Shown here one piece after another: positions 37,343 to 39,967 of a stretch of 39,967 nt of DNA. A program made the position numbers and the translations under genes. Below the pieces are notes generated by a model. It ran no database searches. It was not told where the DNA came from and saw only the letters and a program-made list of their open reading frames with translations. Source of the DNA: Candidatus Moranbacteria bacterium CG_4_8_14_3_um_filter_41_13. GTDB taxonomy: Bacteria > Patescibacteriota > Minisyncoccia > Moranbacterales > UBA1568. Within the stretch, counting starts at the first letter, position 1, and every line of letters begins with the position of its first letter. Location: positions 1 to 39,967 of the forward strand of contig PFHN01000070.1 of NCBI GenBank assembly GCA_002782305.1, written 5' to 3'.

Positions 37343-37505
37343 TTATACTGGGAGATATATTTTTTTCCTCACCGCAAGACTCCTCGCCTCTCTGTTTTTT
37401 CCGAAAAATTTCCTTCACTCGACCGCATCCATAGGAAATTTTTCGAAAACAGAGGACTCTTCAAACAAGTTGCGGAACCAGAAAAAAATATATCTCCCAG
37501 TATAA
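37343..37505. repeat. 163-nt imperfect palindrome with perfect 24-nt terminal inverted repeats (MITE-like element or structured RNA)
   Basis: TTATACTGGGAGATATATTTTTTT (37343..37366) is the exact reverse complement of 37482..37505. Interior pairs are CCGCAA/TTGCGG, CTCTGTTTT/AAAACAGAG and core CCGAAAAATTTCC/GGAAATTTTTCG. Confidence 0.75.
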
Positions 37506-37578
37506 TCCACAATCTCATAAAATAAAGAGAGGGTGAAGGTGAGGAGTTTTCGAAAAATAATTTAATAAAAGAAATGTT

Positions 37579-37851
37579 ATGTCACAATGGAAAGACGAAA
37601 CAAAGCCACACGGTCCAGTAACACTCGCAAATGGATGGACTGTAGAAGTCGATGCCAGTGCCTGCATTGGAGCTGCTCCTTGCACCGCTATGGCTGCCAA
37701 TACCTTTGCATTAAATGATGATGGGAAAGCAGGCATACTTGCTACTCTTGATCAAGACGATCAGGAAACCATTCTCAATGCTGCTCGTTCTTGCCCTGTC
37801 GCTGCTATTATCATCAAAGATGAAACAGGAAAAGTTATTTTTCCGGAATAA
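37579..37851 (+). CDS. Small ferredoxin, probably [3Fe-4S] type
   Basis: CIGAAPC ... CPVAAI (CxxAxxC...CP pattern). 90 aa. Confidence 0.8.
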   Translation: MSQWKDETKPHGPVTLANGWTVEVDASACIGAAPCTAMAANTFALNDDGKAGILATLDQDDQETILNAARSCPVAAIIIKDETGKVIFPE

Positions 37852-37897
37852 TCTTTGAAATAAATCTCTCTAAAATAAAAACGGATACGGAAAAGAT

Positions 37898-37964
37898 TTC
37901 AAAAGTTTTTAGATGATCCTCGCCGAAGCAATTTCGCCGAATGGCTCCCTAAAAAACATTTGAA
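37898..37964 (-). repeat. Palindromic intergenic repeat, copy C (inverted relative to A and B)
   Basis: TTCAAAAGTTTTTAGATGATCCTCGCCGAAGCAATTTCGCCGAATGGCTCCCTAAAAAACATTTGAA. Confidence 0.85.
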
Positions 37965-38016
37965 ATCTTTTCTCGCATTAGCTTCGATTATATGTTTGAT
38001 GTTCAATAAAAACACC

Positions 38017-38334
38017 ATGGCAACAAAAAAAATCCCAATTAAGAATCAAGTCATAGAGAAACTCAAACTCGTACTCGACCCCGAGCTCGGTATTTCTGTG
38101 TGGGATTTGGGTCTTATTTATAACATCCTCATTGATAAAGAAGGTATTTGTACCACCACGATGACACTCACCACTATCGGCTGTCCCTTGTTTGCGCAAA
38201 TCCAAAAAGAGATAGAGGATCGTATTATGGAGATAAAGGAAATCAATGATGTGAAAGTTGAGCTCGTTTTCGATCCACCGTGGAGTGTCGAAAAAATGTC
38301 CGAAGAATCAAAAATCCGCCTTGGTCTTGATTAG
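38017..38334 (+). CDS. sufT: SufT/DUF59 (MIP18-family) Fe-S assembly protein
   Basis: LKLVLDPELGISVWDLGLIYNI ... TLTTIGCPL. Start at ATG 38017, because the upstream part of the tracked ORF runs through repeat C. Confidence 0.85.
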   Translation: MATKKIPIKNQVIEKLKLVLDPELGISVWDLGLIYNILIDKEGICTTTMTLTTIGCPLFAQIQKEIEDRIMEIKEINDVKVELVFDPPWSVEKMSEESKIRLGLD

Positions 38335-38361
38335 TAGTGACATATACAAAAAAGAAAAAAT

Positions 38362-38424
38362 AAAAAAGTTTTTAGATGATCCGCGTCAAAGCAGTTTTGA
38401 CAAATGGCTCCTAAAAAACCTTTG
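38362..38424 (-). repeat. Palindromic intergenic repeat, copy D (inverted relative to A and B)
   Basis: AAAAAAGTTTTTAGATGATCCGCGTCAAAGCAGTTTTGACAAATGGCTCCTAAAAAACCTTTG. Lies between the convergent sufT and korB. Confidence 0.85.
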
Positions 38425-38450
38425 GGATATTTTTTTATTCCTCCTCTTCG

Positions 38451-39308
38451 TTATGTATATTTCCCGATAAGCGTACTCAAGGCCTTATCATCAAACGTTT
38501 TCTCATACAATGGCTCATCACCTTCGCGGACGAGCGTTTCATAGGTTGGCTTCCCTGTTCGTTCGTAGATGATGCCCAAGGCAAGTCTTTCAAGATCAAA
38601 AGCGAGTTTCAATGCTTCCATTTTGCCGGTTTTATCATGCGTTTCATCGACATAATAACATTTTTCCTTGAACCACTGATACGTATTTTGTTTGTTGAAC
38701 ACGACACACGGCTGGAATACATCCACGAGTGCATAGCCCTTGTGAAGAATCGCTGCTTTGATAATTTCTTTCGTTTGCAAAATATCTCCCGTAAACGCAC
38801 GCGCCACAAATGTTGCATCCAGTGAAAGTGCCACGGCAAGTGGATTAAACTGATCAACAATAACACCGTCTGGCTGGATAGGATTTACGAGTCCTTTCTC
38901 GCTCATCGGCGAAGCCTGACCCTTCGTCAAACCATAGATCATATTGTCATGCACGATGTTCGTGATGTCAGGGTTACGACGAATAGTGTGGATGAAATGA
39001 TTTCCTCCTTCGCCATACGTATCGCCATCACCACTCTCTGCGATGACAGTCAATCGTGGATTCACATTCTTAATAGCAATAGCTGGTGGCAGTGCCCTCC
39101 CGTGGAGACCATTAAAATAATTCACACGCAGATAATGAGGGGTCTTGGCGGCCTGACCAATACCCGAACAAATCACAGCGTTCTCTGGTGTGATATCGAG
39201 TTCTGAAAGCGCCATTTTCACGATATTCAAAATAGGGAAGTTGCCACAACCTGGACACCAGGCCATATCCGTCCCCCTTGGCATATCATAGAGTTTTTTA
39301 TCGACCAT
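38451..39308 (-). CDS. 2-oxoacid:ferredoxin oxidoreductase beta subunit (TPP-binding; KorB/OorB-like)
   Basis: WCPGCGNFPIL, GDGDTYGEGGNHF and a typical length of 285 aa. Confidence 0.9.
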   Translation of the reverse strand: MVDKKLYDMPRGTDMAWCPGCGNFPILNIVKMALSELDITPENAVICSGIGQAAKTPHYLRVNYFNGLHGRALPPAIAIKNVNPRLTVIAESGDGDTYGEGGNHFIHTIRRNPDITNIVHDNMIYGLTKGQASPMSEKGLVNPIQPDGVIVDQFNPLAVALSLDATFVARAFTGDILQTKEIIKAAILHKGYALVDVFQPCVVFNKQNTYQWFKEKCYYVDETHDKTGKMEALKLAFDLERLALGIIYERTGKPTYETLVREGDEPLYEKTFDDKALSTLIGKYT

Positions 39309-39372
39309 ATGGATATAAATTAAAAATACAAAATCTCAATTTCCAAATAAATTATAAATCCAAACATCTAAT

Positions 39373-39733
39373 CACTTCGACTTCTCGATAATAGCTGCAA
39401 ATATCTTTACTAATTCTATAGTCTCTTGCAGTAACGGAGCAACTCTTTTTTCTAAATCAGGGTTTGCTTCTATGAGGAGCTGGAGCCAATATACCGTTTC
39501 TTTTCCTTCTTTTCGACAAATGCGCATGCGAAAGGAAAAATCTTTTTTGTAACTGTTTCGTTAGCTTCTCTGTAGTTCGCTCCCAGAGAAGTTCCTGATC
39601 TTGCCAATTGACTAGAAATTGTGTTATTTATAGTATCTTTTGAGAGACTCCTACATAAATGAATAATACGCTTTCCGTACTCTAGCGTCCGTTTTTCTAA
39701 ATCATATATTTTTGTTTTTTGAACTTTTTCCAT
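39373..39733 (-). pseudogene. Four-helix-bundle protein gene (23S rRNA IVS protein / Avd-like family) interrupted by a -1 frame change at A-AAA-AAG
   Basis: Frame 0 (39470..39733) gives ...QLARSGTSLGANYREANETVTKK and then nonsense. The -1 frame from 39542 continues DFSFRMRICRKEGKETVYWLQLLIEANPDLEKRVAPLLQETIELVKIFAAIIEKSK to TGA at 39373. Together this is a full-length family member of about 120 aa. Confidence 0.75.
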
Positions 39734-39771
39734 TTGAATTTATTTGTAGCTTGTAATTTTGAGCTTTGGAT

Positions 39772-39966
39772 TTACAATGACTGTTTCAGTCTTGTTACTA
39801 CTTCTTCCACGGAAAATGGATCGCCATCATATTTGAGTATCGATTCCAGGATTTTCACACCATATTCGAGTTTCAGAAGATTGGCAAATTGCGCTCCAAC
39901 ATTGTTTTCCAAAACTACAATCTTTTTCTTTGAAAATAATTTTTTTGCATTCTCTGGAAGCGGATA
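39772..39966 (-). CDS. 2-oxoacid:ferredoxin oxidoreductase alpha subunit, C-terminal end (5' part outside the window)
   Basis: Manual translation gives ...KKIVVLENNVGAQFANLLKLEYGVKILESILKYDGDPFSVEEVVTRLKQSL*, the typical KorA/PorA C-terminus. Not in the ORF track because it is short and partial. Confidence 0.7.
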   Translation of the reverse strand, partial: YPLPENAKKLFSKKKIVVLENNVGAQFANLLKLEYGVKILESILKYDGDPFSVEEVVTRLKQSL

Positions 39967-39967
39967 C

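Noticed and set aside
30901-38424. Whether the four ~65-nt repeats form a CRISPR array
   Set aside because: The copies are kilobases apart, separated by full-length conserved genes, and occur in both orientations. They are internally palindromic with terminal inverted repeats, and no cas genes are present.
39344-39774. Ten-nt inverted matches flanking the four-helix-bundle gene (CAAATAAATT 39344..39353 with AATTTATTTG 39737..39746; TAAATCCAAA 39355..39364 with TTTGGATTTA 39765..39774) as possible terminal inverted repeats of a mobile cassette
   Set aside because: The matches are short and purely A/T-rich, and their order is not nested as true TIRs would be. One overlaps the korA stop codon, so they are plausibly chance matches in low-complexity sequence.

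Overview
Compact, AT-rich, gene-dense bacterial chromosome segment. About 50 genes have short or overlapping junctions (several ATGA stop/start overlaps), and most lie on the minus strand from about 500 to 32240. The content is mainly housekeeping: gyrB, efp, rpsF-ssb-rpsR, two tRNAs, HU, RNase Y, gpmI, clpP, tig, ppa, nusA, lgt, mutY, mnmA and dus. On the plus strand there is a complete Rrf2-sufCBDS-sufU-ferredoxin-sufT Fe-S assembly operon, followed by korB and the 3' end of korA (2-oxoacid:ferredoxin oxidoreductase). TGA acts as a stop at overlapping gene junctions, so the standard bacterial code applies. A Patescibacteria/CPR-like or similarly reduced-genome organism is likely. This rests on the gene set, charged low-complexity inserts in core proteins, small GIY-YIG ORFs, a four-helix-bundle gene and a DUF5679 gene; it is inference only, with no search run. 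I see no defence island, CRISPR array, transposase or prophage. The parts not explained by the ORF track are non-coding. (1) A 63-72 nt palindromic repeat occurs four times, only in intergenic gaps of the Fe-S/ferredoxin neighbourhood. (2) Two long rod-like palindromes (about 200 and 163 nt) sit next to the two ferredoxin genes, and the core of one recurs at the window start. (3) Both tRNA genes are followed on the same strand by a GIY-YIG ORF whose 5' end is built from tRNA or terminator-like sequence. (4) An Avd-like four-helix-bundle gene lies between korA and korB and is split exactly at an A-AAA-AAG slippery heptamer. (5) A promoter, alternative stems and a terminator precede rpsF. (6) A thioredoxin-like gene is coupled to two paralogous four-cysteine exported proteins of unknown family. 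All coordinates of hairpins and repeats were derived by hand, and no database or folding computation was available.
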